A stretch of 64,000 bases of DNA from a virus: positions 1 through 64,000 of IMG/VR virus record IMGVR_UViG_3300020477_001475; one strand, given 5' to 3'. The notes below the pieces were generated by a model. It saw only the letters and a list, made by a program, of their open reading frames with translations, was not told where the DNA came from and ran no database searches. Position 1 is the stretch's first letter. The number at the start of each line of letters is the position of its first letter. This document shows positions 11,250-21,536 of this stretch, piece by piece. The position numbers and the translations under genes were made by a program.

Positions 11250-11765
11250 TTATCTATCCTTAACTTCATTTTTAAAAAGTTTAACTTGAGTTTTTCTACT
11301 TCTTCCTTGTGACACAGTACCATTGGAAGCTTCATCAATAACACCATTACCAGAAACAATTAATGATCCACCTTGACCTTGATTTTTTTCAAGATTTAAA
11401 GCAGGTAAACTAGCCCCACCATCTTTAACTCTATTAATTATATTTTTTATTTTACTTTCAATTTCATTTATAAGAGTACCAACAACAGGTACATTTCTCA
11501 ACCCACTCAATATAGGTGCATATGGTCCTAATAATGTATCTTCTTTAACATCAGCAGGTAATGGTCCTGTAGTTTTTATACTTTCAACATCTAATTTACT
11601 TTCAAGTTTAGTTATTTTAAATTCTTGTTTCAATAAAAAATTAACAAACGCATTAGTCAAATCTTTAGATAATTGTTCCGCATTTTTTTTTAATTTACCA
11701 TCAAGTGGTTTACCACCACCCATTGACTTTTCAAAAGCTCCATATATATCACCTTGTAATCCCAT
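11250..11765 (-). CDS. Hypothetical protein (baseplate operon)
   Basis: 171-aa ORF, coupled to its neighbours. Confidence 0.6.
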   Translation of the reverse strand: MGLQGDIYGAFEKSMGGGKPLDGKLKKNAEQLSKDLTNAFVNFLLKQEFKITKLESKLDVESIKTTGPLPADVKEDTLLGPYAPILSGLRNVPVVGTLINEIESKIKNIINRVKDGGASLPALNLEKNQGQGGSLIVSGNGVIDEASNGTVSQGRSRKTQVKLFKNEVKDR

Positions 11766-12196
11766 TATCTATTACTCGATTTTTCCAATGATTTTTTTAA
11801 AATACCACTGAAATCTTTATCAAAAAGTTTTTTAGTAGCTTCTGGTGCATTATTACCTACTATAATATCAGCGTTAGATTGATTTGTATCCATCATATTA
11901 CCATATTGTGATGACATTACATCATTCATTCTATTGGAATCATAAACACCATTACCCATCATTGGATATTCTTCTGATTCTTTATTAGATTCTATAGCTT
12001 GTTTAGTTTCATTTAATATGTCATTCAATACAGTATTGTTAGTATAATTAGTTTTTTCAACAATTTTCTTTTTAGGTAATTGTTTGCCTATAGCGTTTAC
12101 TGGTTGTTTCAATTCAGTTATAACTTCTTGAATTGACATTGCAACCTCTTCTCTAACTATTTTTCTAATCATTAATCTTAACTGTGTTTTATTCAT
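11765..12196 (-). CDS. Conserved hypothetical phage protein
   Basis: 143-aa ORF with RBS; N-terminal LRLMIRKIVREEV helix. Confidence 0.6.
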   Translation of the reverse strand: MNKTQLRLMIRKIVREEVAMSIQEVITELKQPVNAIGKQLPKKKIVEKTNYTNNTVLNDILNETKQAIESNKESEEYPMMGNGVYDSNRMNDVMSSQYGNMMDTNQSNADIIVGNNAPEATKKLFDKDFSGILKKSLEKSSNR

Positions 12197-12208
12197 GATA
12201 ACCCCCTA

Positions 12209-13417
12209 TTAACTTGGTTTACTATTTCCAGAATTATTATCTTCTATAAAATGATAATAACTCTTTATATTCTTAATTTGTGCTTTTATATTTTGTTCTA
12301 ACATAATCCAACCTGGAGATCCAGCTGCATTAATTGGTGTAGATACACCACCCACAGTACCACCAACAAACATTTGACCTATAGCATCAATCATAGATGT
12401 GAGTATATCTTCCAAAGCTTTACCTAACACCATTGGTTGTATTTCATCTTCAGCATTTTTCCCTAAATAAATATTAGAAGATTCAATTGTTGTAGTACCT
12501 TTATTATAAATATTTATATTACCACCAGATCCCATATCAATACCAGAAAAACTGGATAATATAATTTTTTCCTTTTCTGCAGAAAAAATAATTCTATTAG
12601 ATTTTATTAATATTTGAGTAAAATCTTCATCCTTAAATTTTAATTTTCTGGGATTATTCAAATCTTTATGATGTGATGCCAAATTAAAATTGTTAAAAAA
12701 TAATTCAGATAATTTACCTTTCGATGATATGGAAATTAAGCCACCATCTTTCAAACTTTCAATTGTATTAGTGTCATTCCTACCATTAGATATAAATATG
12801 TTAGGATAACCAGATCTACTCCCTATTCTAATACTATTACCAAATCTACCTTCAAATAACATATCACCTATACCAAAATTCTTTTCCGCTGGATCAGAAT
12901 CTAATTTAGATGAATATGGTTTTTGTAACCTTTTTACTGCAGGTCTCCATGTAAATTGTGGATTGATATCCAACAATTCATTCATACTAATATTTTTTTT
13001 AGATTTCTTACTACTTTCCATTTTATATAAATGATCAGGGTTAAAGTTAGGATTATTTAAAGTATTCAACGGGCCTATATAATAGTTAATACCACCAAAA
13101 TCACATAATAACACTTGATCACCTTGTGTTGGTACATCAGTTATACCTCTCAACAACGGATAATATGTTTTAGATTTCAATGCTGATATATTTTTACTTA
13201 TAGTATCATCATTATATTCATATTTAACAGCTTTAATTGCATTAATATTACGATCAGAATTACCAAAAGAATCTGAATCAGAATTTATTATAGCTTCAAC
13301 TACATGACCAGGAGTAAATTGAACATAAACTCTATCCAAATTAGCTGTAGAAGAATTAGGTCCAAAAGAATACTTGGATTCTATATTATTATCTTTTACA
13401 TTTATCCATCCACCCAT
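12209..13417 (-). CDS. Baseplate hub/spike (gp5/VgrG-like) protein
   Basis: N-terminal OB-like P..GDQVL, then GDMLFEGRFGNSIRIGS, QILIKSNRIIFSA and QPMVLGKAL; sits upstream of gp25 and gp6. Confidence 0.7.
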   Translation of the reverse strand: MGGWINVKDNNIESKYSFGPNSSTANLDRVYVQFTPGHVVEAIINSDSDSFGNSDRNINAIKAVKYEYNDDTISKNISALKSKTYYPLLRGITDVPTQGDQVLLCDFGGINYYIGPLNTLNNPNFNPDHLYKMESSKKSKKNISMNELLDINPQFTWRPAVKRLQKPYSSKLDSDPAEKNFGIGDMLFEGRFGNSIRIGSRSGYPNIFISNGRNDTNTIESLKDGGLISISSKGKLSELFFNNFNLASHHKDLNNPRKLKFKDEDFTQILIKSNRIIFSAEKEKIILSSFSGIDMGSGGNINIYNKGTTTIESSNIYLGKNAEDEIQPMVLGKALEDILTSMIDAIGQMFVGGTVGGVSTPINAAGSPGWIMLEQNIKAQIKNIKSYYHFIEDNNSGNSKPS

Positions 13418-13431
13418 TATATTACCCCAAA

Positions 13432-13800
13432 TTAATTTTTAAATAAATTTTGTTTATCATCAGTAGTTTTTTGTATTTCATCGGCAGCATGTTTTAAAGT
13501 ATCCATTAAATCTTTCTTTTCCTTATCGGATAAAATAAATTCACTTTCGGAATCATTAGATTTAGTTACATACCTTTGCAATACAGCTATTAATTTAACT
13601 AAATGCTCATCATTCTTAACAGATACATCCAAAAACTCTTTTATAATGGGAGCTATTTGAAGTACATCACTAGAATTTTTAATAAATGAAGATAAATCTT
13701 TTATCAACACATCTATTTGTTTTCTCTTCTTAGCTGAATTATTATATATATCTTTGGATATATCTTCCAAAGTTTTTCCATCAAAAATTATATCTGACAT
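13432..13800 (-). CDS. Helical conserved hypothetical phage protein
   Basis: 122-aa ORF with GGAGG RBS and a late-type motif upstream. Confidence 0.6.
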   Translation of the reverse strand: MSDIIFDGKTLEDISKDIYNNSAKKRKQIDVLIKDLSSFIKNSSDVLQIAPIIKEFLDVSVKNDEHLVKLIAVLQRYVTKSNDSESEFILSDKEKKDLMDTLKHAADEIQKTTDDKQNLFKN

Positions 13801-13828
13801 TGGTTTCCTCCAAATATTTTATATCAGT

Positions 13829-13836
13829 TATAAATA
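13829..13836 (-). promoter_or_regulatory. Putative late promoter TATTTATA (coding strand) heading the structural operon
   Basis: The same octamer lies upstream of genes at 16651, 20232, 20904 and 27062 (minus) and at 24838 (plus, before the only plus-strand gene). Confidence 0.5.
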
Positions 13837-13867
13837 TAATAAAAAATAATTTGTAAACCAAAGCAAT

Positions 13868-13898
13868 AAAAAAGGGTAGAAATAATTTCTACCCCTTC
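13868..13898 (-). terminator. Rho-independent terminator
   Basis: AAGGGGTAGAAAT/TTTCTACCCTTT hairpin followed by a T-run on minus. Confidence 0.75.
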
Positions 13899-13922
13899 AA
13901 ACATATTACTATAATAATTTAT

Positions 13923-14681
13923 TTATTTAAAAAAAATAGTATCCCTCGATATCATACCAGTTTTAGTAAATTCAGTATTTAATTTATTATAATGTTTTCG
14001 TAATACATTCATTATTTTAGTTATATGTGATGTATTAACCCCCGTCATTTCACGTATCAACAAATATAAACTTTTCTTATTAAAGTTTTCTATTTCATCT
14101 TTTCTATATAATAATTCCAATATAGCATATGCTATATCAACATCACGTTTCTTTTTAAATATAATAGTTATATTACGTTCAAAATATTTAATCAATTCTG
14201 CGGTAAATTCATTAATATGACATTCTTTACTATCTTGATAATTATAGTATTTACCTTTACTATGAAATGCCAAACTATCTATAGGATCATGAATTTTTAA
14301 TTTTTTATAATTGTTATTATTATGGAGTATTAAATAATTCTTAGCTACTACAGAAAAATAACTAAAAGCTTTCGAACCTTTTGTATGATCATATTTATGC
14401 ATATTCATCACCATAAAGGCAACTACTTCATGTTTTATATCTTCAAATCCATAATCGAAATAAGTAAACTTAAAAGTATTAATTATATTTTCGGCTAACT
14501 TATCAAAAGCTTTGTGAATTCTATCCCTGTATATAGTATTTCGTTTTTCGTGATTACTACTACCATTATATTCAACAATAGCTTCCTGCACTTCCATACC
14601 AAAATATATTTTACTTTTTCTTTTTCTTCCTGGTTTTTTCTTTTGTTTGTTTTCTTTTTTCACTGCTACCTTCTCTTTCAA
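13923..14681 (-). CDS. Phage late-transcription sigma factor (T4 gp55-like)
   Basis: Sigma region-2-like KLAENII...KYDHTKGSKAFSYFSVVAKNYLI. Confidence 0.7.
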   Translation of the reverse strand: MKEKVAVKKENKQKKKPGRKRKSKIYFGMEVQEAIVEYNGSSNHEKRNTIYRDRIHKAFDKLAENIINTFKFTYFDYGFEDIKHEVVAFMVMNMHKYDHTKGSKAFSYFSVVAKNYLILHNNNNYKKLKIHDPIDSLAFHSKGKYYNYQDSKECHINEFTAELIKYFERNITIIFKKKRDVDIAYAILELLYRKDEIENFNKKSLYLLIREMTGVNTSHITKIMNVLRKHYNKLNTEFTKTGMISRDTIFFK

Positions 14682-14946
14682 TATATTCTCCTTCTTCCTG
14701 TTCGAATATAGAATTTAAAACCGATTGTATATTTTTTATTTCTTTAAAAATGAAACCTACTTCATCGTCAGATTCAAAGTGTCCTGTATTATCAACTATT
14801 TTTAATTTTTCAGACGCAGCATTAACAATATCATCTATATGCAAAATTATACCTTCAAATTGATTTATTCTCTTTAATGCTTGAAATAATGCAAAAGAAA
14901 TAAATCCACCATACAAAACCAATAATATAACAAATAACCACATCAT
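14611..14946 (-). CDS. Single-TM membrane protein
   Basis: N-terminal hydrophobic helix, then FESDDEVGFIF. Confidence 0.6.
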   Translation of the reverse strand: MMWLFVILLVLYGGFISFALFQALKRINQFEGIILHIDDIVNAASEKLKIVDNTGHFESDDEVGFIFKEIKNIQSVLNSIFEQEEGEYIEREGSSEKRKQTKEKTRKKKKK

Positions 14947-15668
14947 TACGAAAATAACTCATCAAATGTTTTTTTCATACTATCAACTTGTTTCTTATCA
15001 ACTTTAACTTGTACTTCTTCTTCTACATGTTCAATTTCTTGTTCTTGCATCCAATTTTGTTTTTCACATATAGTGGATAACCAATCACCGAAATGTACTA
15101 TTGAAGAAAGTATATGTCTGGTATCCACATAAGCTCTAAAATAAACTTCAGCTGCTTTATCAAATAACCCATCAGCACATAATATAGCTTTATAAACATG
15201 TTCATTAACACTAATATTATATTTTGAAAGTAACCATAAAGCTCTATCATGAACTGTCATGTATTCCATTTCTTTATTATGAGTATACCACTCATTGAGT
15301 TTATTTCTTCTCCAATCATCAGTTTGGTAAATATAGTATTTTTCTCTACCATTACCCAACTTACCTAAATCATGAAACATTGCAGCTAATACAACATCTG
15401 AATCTGAATGTATCACTTCCACACCATTTTCTTCATATTGTTTTTTAATCTTCAATGAATTGTTTATCACATGCAATATATGATCCAAATAACCACCTTT
15501 AAAACAATTGTGGTAATTTGGCCTACCTGATGCAGGTGCTGTTTTATATTCATCTTCAAAGTCACTATGTAACTTTAGAATATTATCTTTTTGGTCACCT
15601 TCAAAATGTTTGTCAATGATTGACATCAATTCTTTCCAGTTATTATCCATTTGTTCTTGGTTTATCAT
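14946..15668 (-). CDS. HD-domain phosphohydrolase (YhaM-like)
   Basis: APAS...HNCFKGGYLDH, FHDLGK, HFGD motifs. Confidence 0.85.
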   Translation of the reverse strand: MINQEQMDNNWKELMSIIDKHFEGDQKDNILKLHSDFEDEYKTAPASGRPNYHNCFKGGYLDHILHVINNSLKIKKQYEENGVEVIHSDSDVVLAAMFHDLGKLGNGREKYYIYQTDDWRRNKLNEWYTHNKEMEYMTVHDRALWLLSKYNISVNEHVYKAILCADGLFDKAAEVYFRAYVDTRHILSSIVHFGDWLSTICEKQNWMQEQEIEHVEEEVQVKVDKKQVDSMKKTFDELFS

Positions 15669-15733
15669 ATCTTATAATACCTATTTATATTGATATAATA
15701 TAAGAAATAATTACTATATAAAACAAGCTTTTT

Positions 15734-16621
15734 TTATTGTTTAAATTTATAAAAAGGTAAATCTTCCATAGAATTATTATCATTAGTATATAATGAACCA
15801 TCAGCAGGTGTTTCATTACCTTCTTCATCATGTACCCATCTAGATATTGTCATTTCAGCAGGTATATCATCTATAATATTGAATGAATCATGATATCGTT
15901 TCAACAATCTCCTTACCAATGAATGTCTAACTACATCTTTTTCTTTAAACATAGCTAAACCAACACCATGAACACCAGCAAATCTTTTTATAGCATCTTC
16001 TAAACCACTTTTGTGTTTTGCTATATCAGATTGTTCCAAATCACCAGTGATAATATATTTACTATTTTCACCAATTCTTGTCACAAACATTTTGATTTGT
16101 TCAGGTGTAGCATTTTGTGCTTCATCCAAGATTACTAATTTATTGGATAATGTTATACCCCGCATAAAGGCTAATGGCATAACTTCTATAACACCACTAT
16201 CCTTCAGTATTTGTAATCTTTGTTTACCAATAATTTGTTCCATATTATAATAAAAAGACATCATCCATGGTGCAGTTTTTTCTTCTACATCACCCGGAAG
16301 AAAACCAATCTTTTCACCAGCAGCTTCTACCAATGGTTTTACTATTACAATACCATCAACAGAATTATCTTTATCACCTAAATCTCTTAAAGCTCTATGA
16401 ACTGATAAATATGTTTTACCACAACCTGCAGGACCAATACAAAATGTTATATCCTTTTTTGATATAGTATTATAGAATCTTCGTTGTGCAGGATTTTTGA
16501 ATTGTAATGTATCAAAATCTAACATTTTAATGTCTTTCAATACTTGTCTTTTATTTGATATAGAATGATTATTTAACTCGGAAAGTGAAACCTTTTTTGG
16601 TGTAGACTTACTCTTTGACAT
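15734..16621 (-). CDS. phoH: PhoH-family ATPase
   Basis: GPAGCGKT, GFLPGD, MRGITL, ILDEAQN, ITGDLEQSD, VVRHSLV. Confidence 0.95.
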   Translation of the reverse strand: MSKSKSTPKKVSLSELNNHSISNKRQVLKDIKMLDFDTLQFKNPAQRRFYNTISKKDITFCIGPAGCGKTYLSVHRALRDLGDKDNSVDGIVIVKPLVEAAGEKIGFLPGDVEEKTAPWMMSFYYNMEQIIGKQRLQILKDSGVIEVMPLAFMRGITLSNKLVILDEAQNATPEQIKMFVTRIGENSKYIITGDLEQSDIAKHKSGLEDAIKRFAGVHGVGLAMFKEKDVVRHSLVRRLLKRYHDSFNIIDDIPAEMTISRWVHDEEGNETPADGSLYTNDNNSMEDLPFYKFKQ

Positions 16622-16691
16622 AAAACACCCCCATTTAAATAATATAATGTTATAAATAACTTGATTAATAAAAACTAATCATATATAAATA

Positions 16692-17777
16692 TCATCGACC
16701 CACTTCTTTTATAAACTTTTTTTTAGATTCTTCATAAGTCAATCCAAATAGTTTATCCCAAAAATGTAATTCTGATATTTCTCTTTTATCAGATTTTAAT
16801 TTATTAAATCTTTTTTCTGCCTTTGGTTTCCACCAATCCATCATATATTGATTATAATTTACGAACTTTTCTTGTAAAATTAAAGAATCTTGTTCAATAT
16901 CACCACATAAAAAATCATTTGTATTTTCGTAGAATGGACACCAATAAATTCCTCTCTGTATTCCATGTTCAAATTCACTTGTCTTTAATCCGCAAGTTCT
17001 ATATATCTTACCGAATGCACCCAATCTATCTTTACTCTTTTCACCAAAATATTCTTCCCATCTTTTAACTACAGGTCTGGGTAATTTAATTGGCATTTTA
17101 CCAGATGTTTTTCCCATCTTTTTAAATGTTGGTAATCTATTATATTGTGAGAAAGTTCCATATAAAGATGTAGTTGTCATCCCAACTAATTTGTCACCAT
17201 AACTGCATTCCCACACATTCCTAATTGTATCTGATGTTATAAGTAATGCCATCAGTTTACCACCAAGAAAATTAAACCCGAATGGTTGTATGGGTATTAT
17301 GGCCTGCCCACATGCAATATTATTCAACCTTTTATTTTTATATCTATCATCTCTCACCCAACCAATATATTTATCCCGTGCACCCAAGTCACCAAAATCA
17401 GAAGTTACTGTTAATGCACCAAGATACAAACCAGTTGATTCATCTTCAACCAAAAATTTAAGGTTTCTGCCGGGGTTCGACACATTTTTGAAACTTGAAG
17501 TGAATCGTATTAAGTAGCGCCAGTCATCTAATTGTTCTTTTGTTTTTACATGAATAACTTTTGGTTTTAAATTAGTAATATCCATGTTATTCCACAATTT
17601 ATTTTTTAAAGTATTTATTTTAAATTGTTCACCAATACAATCTTGTATTTCCAAATACTTTTCGTAAAATACTGCTTCCGATGAATCTTGATTTTTTTTC
17701 ATTTCTATATAATCAAGAACTTCTTGTTTTTCTTTTTCAAAATCAAATTTAGTATCAAAAAATTTATCTACCAACAT
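16692..17777 (-). CDS. DUF4338 / Druantia DruA-like protein (paralog 2)
   Basis: NPGRNLKFLV..., RDKYIGW, PIQPFGFNFLGGKLMA, TTTSLYG..SQYN. Confidence 0.75.
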   Translation of the reverse strand: MLVDKFFDTKFDFEKEKQEVLDYIEMKKNQDSSEAVFYEKYLEIQDCIGEQFKINTLKNKLWNNMDITNLKPKVIHVKTKEQLDDWRYLIRFTSSFKNVSNPGRNLKFLVEDESTGLYLGALTVTSDFGDLGARDKYIGWVRDDRYKNKRLNNIACGQAIIPIQPFGFNFLGGKLMALLITSDTIRNVWECSYGDKLVGMTTTSLYGTFSQYNRLPTFKKMGKTSGKMPIKLPRPVVKRWEEYFGEKSKDRLGAFGKIYRTCGLKTSEFEHGIQRGIYWCPFYENTNDFLCGDIEQDSLILQEKFVNYNQYMMDWWKPKAEKRFNKLKSDKREISELHFWDKLFGLTYEESKKKFIKEVGR

Positions 17778-18948
17778 CAGTTAAATACTTCTCCTTTGCT
17801 TCTTCATAAGTTATATCAAACATATCAATATAATATAATGTTTCATCTTTTATTCTATCTTGTTCCAAAAGTTTTGTATATCTTTTGATTGCTTTCTTTT
17901 TCCACCATCTGTTAATGTAATCATAATCTTCTACAAACTTTTTCTTCATAACCAGTTCACTATCATCAATTTCATTTCGTAGATATTCTAAACCATTATC
18001 ATACATGTTAGCAAAGAATACACCTCTCTTAAATCCATGTTCGTAATCTTTAGCTTTAATACCAAGATGTCTAAATATTCTATTTATTATATTTTGTTTA
18101 GGACCAGTGGCATGAATAGCTTTATCATATTCATCAAAGTGATTTTCTTTTAACCAATCACTCCAAACTTTATAAACTGAATCATCTGGTTTAATAGATA
18201 TTTTACCTGTGGATTCACCCAATGTTTTCCAGTGTGGAATACCATTGTATTGAGAATGCACACCATAAAGAGATGTAGTGGTTACACCAACTAAGATTTC
18301 ATTGTAATTTTCATACCATTTATCTCTGATAGTTGATGTTGTTACAAGTGCTGATAGTAATTTACCACCGAGAAAATTGAAACCTAATGGCTGGGTTGGA
18401 ACTATGGAAGTTCCTATACAGGTATGATTTAATTTGTGATCTACAAATTTATTATCTTTGGTCCATTTAATATAATCATCTCTAACTTTAATTGATGTTA
18501 CATCTGAACCAACTGATATTACACCAAGATATTTACCTGTAATACTATCTTTAGCGAAGAATTTAATATTTCTACCTGGGTTAGCTGTAAACTCCATAGA
18601 TGATATTAATGTTCTTAAAATAGTCCAGGTTTCATTATCATCTGTATATTCAACAATAGGATCCAATTTTTCTATTTCAGATATAGTAAGTTCTTTGTTG
18701 GTTATATCTGTTGGTTTCCATATTCGATTATACATCAATTCAGCTTTATGATGATTCTTTCTAAACTTTATTCTAATCTTTTCATCTTTATTAAATTCTT
18801 GCCATTTTTTATACAATGTTTGTTCTTGCACAGACATTGATTTTAACATATCAAGATTATCTATAAAGTTTTGTCTTTCGTCATCGAAATTGAATTCTTC
18901 TATTTCGAAAAAATTATTAATTATACTCATACCATAATATAACATCAT
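17764..18948 (-). CDS. DUF4338 / Druantia DruA-like protein (paralog 1)
   Basis: NPGRNIKFF..., RDDYIKW, PTQPLGFNFLGGKLLS, TTTSLYGVHSQYN; both paralogs end in VGR. Confidence 0.75.
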   Translation of the reverse strand: MMLYYGMSIINNFFEIEEFNFDDERQNFIDNLDMLKSMSVQEQTLYKKWQEFNKDEKIRIKFRKNHHKAELMYNRIWKPTDITNKELTISEIEKLDPIVEYTDDNETWTILRTLISSMEFTANPGRNIKFFAKDSITGKYLGVISVGSDVTSIKVRDDYIKWTKDNKFVDHKLNHTCIGTSIVPTQPLGFNFLGGKLLSALVTTSTIRDKWYENYNEILVGVTTTSLYGVHSQYNGIPHWKTLGESTGKISIKPDDSVYKVWSDWLKENHFDEYDKAIHATGPKQNIINRIFRHLGIKAKDYEHGFKRGVFFANMYDNGLEYLRNEIDDSELVMKKKFVEDYDYINRWWKKKAIKRYTKLLEQDRIKDETLYYIDMFDITYEEAKEKYLTDVGR

Positions 18949-18979
18949 TCAGTCATAAAATACAACAGTTTTTTTAAAA

Positions 18980-19012
18980 AAAAAATGCCCTCAAATAATA
19001 TGAGGGCATTTT
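18980..19012. terminator. Rho-independent terminator (possibly bidirectional)
   Basis: AAAATGCCCTCA...TGAGGGCATTTT flanked by A/T runs. Confidence 0.75.
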
Positions 19013-19050
19013 ATTAATGTTATAACACCTACCAAAGTGTTAAATAACTA

Positions 19051-19284
19051 CTACTTCTTACTCCATAATCCCACAAGAACAAGAAGTGCTAACAAACCAG
19101 CGAAACCGTTCTCTCCGAATGTTGATATAATAGCAACTAAGTTACCAACAACATTCATACCCCAAACGCCTTGTCCGAATATTACTTCAGAAATAACGCC
19201 AAGAGCTGCAAAACCTGCAAGTAGTTCAACTAAACCACTCACGAATTCGCCAATTGATGAAAATGCACTTTTTAAGTTAATCAT
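19051..19284 (-). CDS. Small two-helix membrane protein
   Basis: Two hydrophobic segments, GFAGLLALLVL; GGGAG RBS. Confidence 0.7.
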   Translation of the reverse strand: MINLKSAFSSIGEFVSGLVELLAGFAALGVISEVIFGQGVWGMNVVGNLVAIISTFGENGFAGLLALLVLVGLWSKK

Positions 19285-19314
19285 GATTTTCTCCCCTATT
19301 GTATTTGGTTAATA

Positions 19315-20079
19315 TTAAAAAGAATAACTGACTCTAATAAGTTTGTCACCTTCTACTGATAATTCAGTAGAAAGAAAACATTTATCAGAACATTTATACC
19401 TAAGCCCATATAAAAATTCATCATCAGAATTATAGCCTAATAAAAGACTAGCACCTTTAGCAAATTCTGGAGTTACGATACTTCGTAACCAGAAAGCACC
19501 ATCAGCATCTTCTGATAAATCATATTCTAGAGATGTTACAACTGGGAATCCGACTATATCCACAGTACTTGAAACATCTACAAACAAGGCTTCTTCACCA
19601 TCTACGGAGAGACCAAAATTTTGATCCCATAGACTATACGACAGCCTAGCTGCCCAATATTCGTCATTTCCATAAAAGGTCTGTATTCCTACACCATAAA
19701 CGGATGTACTAATTCCAACACCATCACCTACCGTGTGCTCTCGTGGCACTGAAACAAATGCATTTGATGCTGGTCTATGTAATCCCCATGCATTACCATA
19801 AGGTAAAGCTTGGCTACCAAATGTTGCAGTAACTTTTTCTGTAACAGCCCAGTTATACTTGGCTTCTTCAACAGTTACTAAACCATTTGATAGGTTTGTA
19901 CTCAATTCCCAATTATCTCCTAACAACACAATTCCGGTGTAGGGTGTGGTGAATGATACAGCATCACCAAAAGTTATATCAGATGAAAATTCACCAGATA
20001 CTTTTGTTGTGCTATTGCCAAACATCATCGCCGACAGAATTGCAACAGAGACCATTAGGTTTCTTGTAATCGTATTCAT
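19315..20079 (-). CDS. Outer-membrane beta-barrel (porin-like)
   Basis: Signal peptide, amphipathic beta-strands, C-terminal RVSYSF BAM-type signal. Confidence 0.7.
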   Translation of the reverse strand: MNTITRNLMVSVAILSAMMFGNSTTKVSGEFSSDITFGDAVSFTTPYTGIVLLGDNWELSTNLSNGLVTVEEAKYNWAVTEKVTATFGSQALPYGNAWGLHRPASNAFVSVPREHTVGDGVGISTSVYGVGIQTFYGNDEYWAARLSYSLWDQNFGLSVDGEEALFVDVSSTVDIVGFPVVTSLEYDLSEDADGAFWLRSIVTPEFAKGASLLLGYNSDDEFLYGLRYKCSDKCFLSTELSVEGDKLIRVSYSF

Positions 20080-20450
20080 ACTAATCTCCTATATTATATT
20101 ACGATTGTTTTGTTTATTATAGCCCAATGTGTATATTGCAAGGCACACACTTTGGATATAAATCTTTTTTGGTAGGTTTTCTTGAAACATTATAACCATT
20201 TATTAAATATAATCACATCACACATTCACTATATAAATATAACTATTTTCTAAAAGCATACACTTTTTTTACCAATTGGATATAAATTCATTATCCAATT
20301 TATTTTCATCTAACATATTTATCACTTCTTCAACTAATCTAAAATCATCTTCTTCTAAAGATTGTTTCAATAACATTTTAATGTTTTCTATGTATTCTTT
20401 ACTATAAACTACATTATCTTCCATACAAACCTTTTCATATTAAATAGAAG

Positions 20451-20873
20451 TTATGAATTACCAACTATTGTAGGTGTAAAACAATCTTTATATTTTTCCA
20501 ATAATCTTTCAAATTCCTTCAAATCTTCTTCCTGACCATTTAAAAATAATAAAGCATCAACTACATCAAACTTTCTATTATTTATTATTATATCATTAAT
20601 ATAATTATTATTAACAAATTCGTCTTGTAATTCATCAATGACATCCGATGCCAAAGATTCCGGTAAATCTTTATCAGAAGTATTTAAATTTGTCATATCA
20701 TCCATATCATCAAAAACAACATCATCTAACGTCTTATTAATTTTATTAATATTTTTAATTAATTGTAATAATAAATACCTATTCTTAACTATATCTTCTT
20801 CTATAAATTTAAATTTTTGTTCTATAGCTTTTATTATATTTTTCATTGAAGTGCTTTGTTTTTGATCATTCAT
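20451..20873 (-). CDS. Acidic hypothetical protein
   Basis: 140-aa ORF with GAGG RBS. Confidence 0.6.
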   Translation of the reverse strand: MNDQKQSTSMKNIIKAIEQKFKFIEEDIVKNRYLLLQLIKNINKINKTLDDVVFDDMDDMTNLNTSDKDLPESLASDVIDELQDEFVNNNYINDIIINNRKFDVVDALLFLNGQEEDLKEFERLLEKYKDCFTPTIVGNS

Positions 20874-20939
20874 ATTAATTACCTCATATATTATTGTTAT
20901 ATTTATAAATATAAATTTAATACACTAAAATTCATTATA

Positions 20940-21536
20940 TTATACACCAACTTCAACTTCCCATTCACCAGAATCAACTAATGCTTCAGCTTTCTTCCAT
21001 TTTAATGTCTTAGTTTCTTTGCCATTTGTTATTTCAACTTTTTCATTACGACCATATTTTTTACCAGTAGTAATAGGCTGTTGTTTATACATTCTATCAA
21101 ACATTGTTATACCATCGAGGTGATCTATTTCATGTTGTATACATACTGATTCAAGTAATTGTAATTCATCCTTATCTTTATTACCCATAAGTTCATTAGG
21201 ACCAAACATAACAGTACCTAAATTATCTGTTTTAATAGTTACCCATTTAGATCTTTTAGTTCTAATTTGTCTATTAGGAAAAGATAAACAACCTTCTACT
21301 GTATAAATATATCTGTTATCCAAATTAAGTATTTCTGGATTTATTAAAACTAAAGGTTCCGTAACATTAACAACACAAACTCTTTTATTAATACCAATTT
21401 GATTTGCAGCTAAACCAATACCATTTTTGGAATTAGATAATTCTTCAAGTAATTTAACACCTATCTCTTCACCCTCTTCTACCGAAGATACTGGTTCACA
21501 TATTTCCTTTAACTTATCCAATTCTTTTACAATCAT
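20940..21536 (-). CDS. def: Peptide deformylase with C-terminal extension
   Basis: GIGLAANQIG, EGCLS, QHEIDHLDG. Confidence 0.95.
   Translation of the reverse strand: MIVKELDKLKEICEPVSSVEEGEEIGVKLLEELSNSKNGIGLAANQIGINKRVCVVNVTEPLVLINPEILNLDNRYIYTVEGCLSFPNRQIRTKRSKWVTIKTDNLGTVMFGPNELMGNKDKDELQLLESVCIQHEIDHLDGITMFDRMYKQQPITTGKKYGRNEKVEITNGKETKTLKWKKAEALVDSGEWEVEVGV

Noticed and set aside
16692-18948. Complete Druantia defence system
   Set aside because: No DruE helicase or other dru genes are recognisable nearby.
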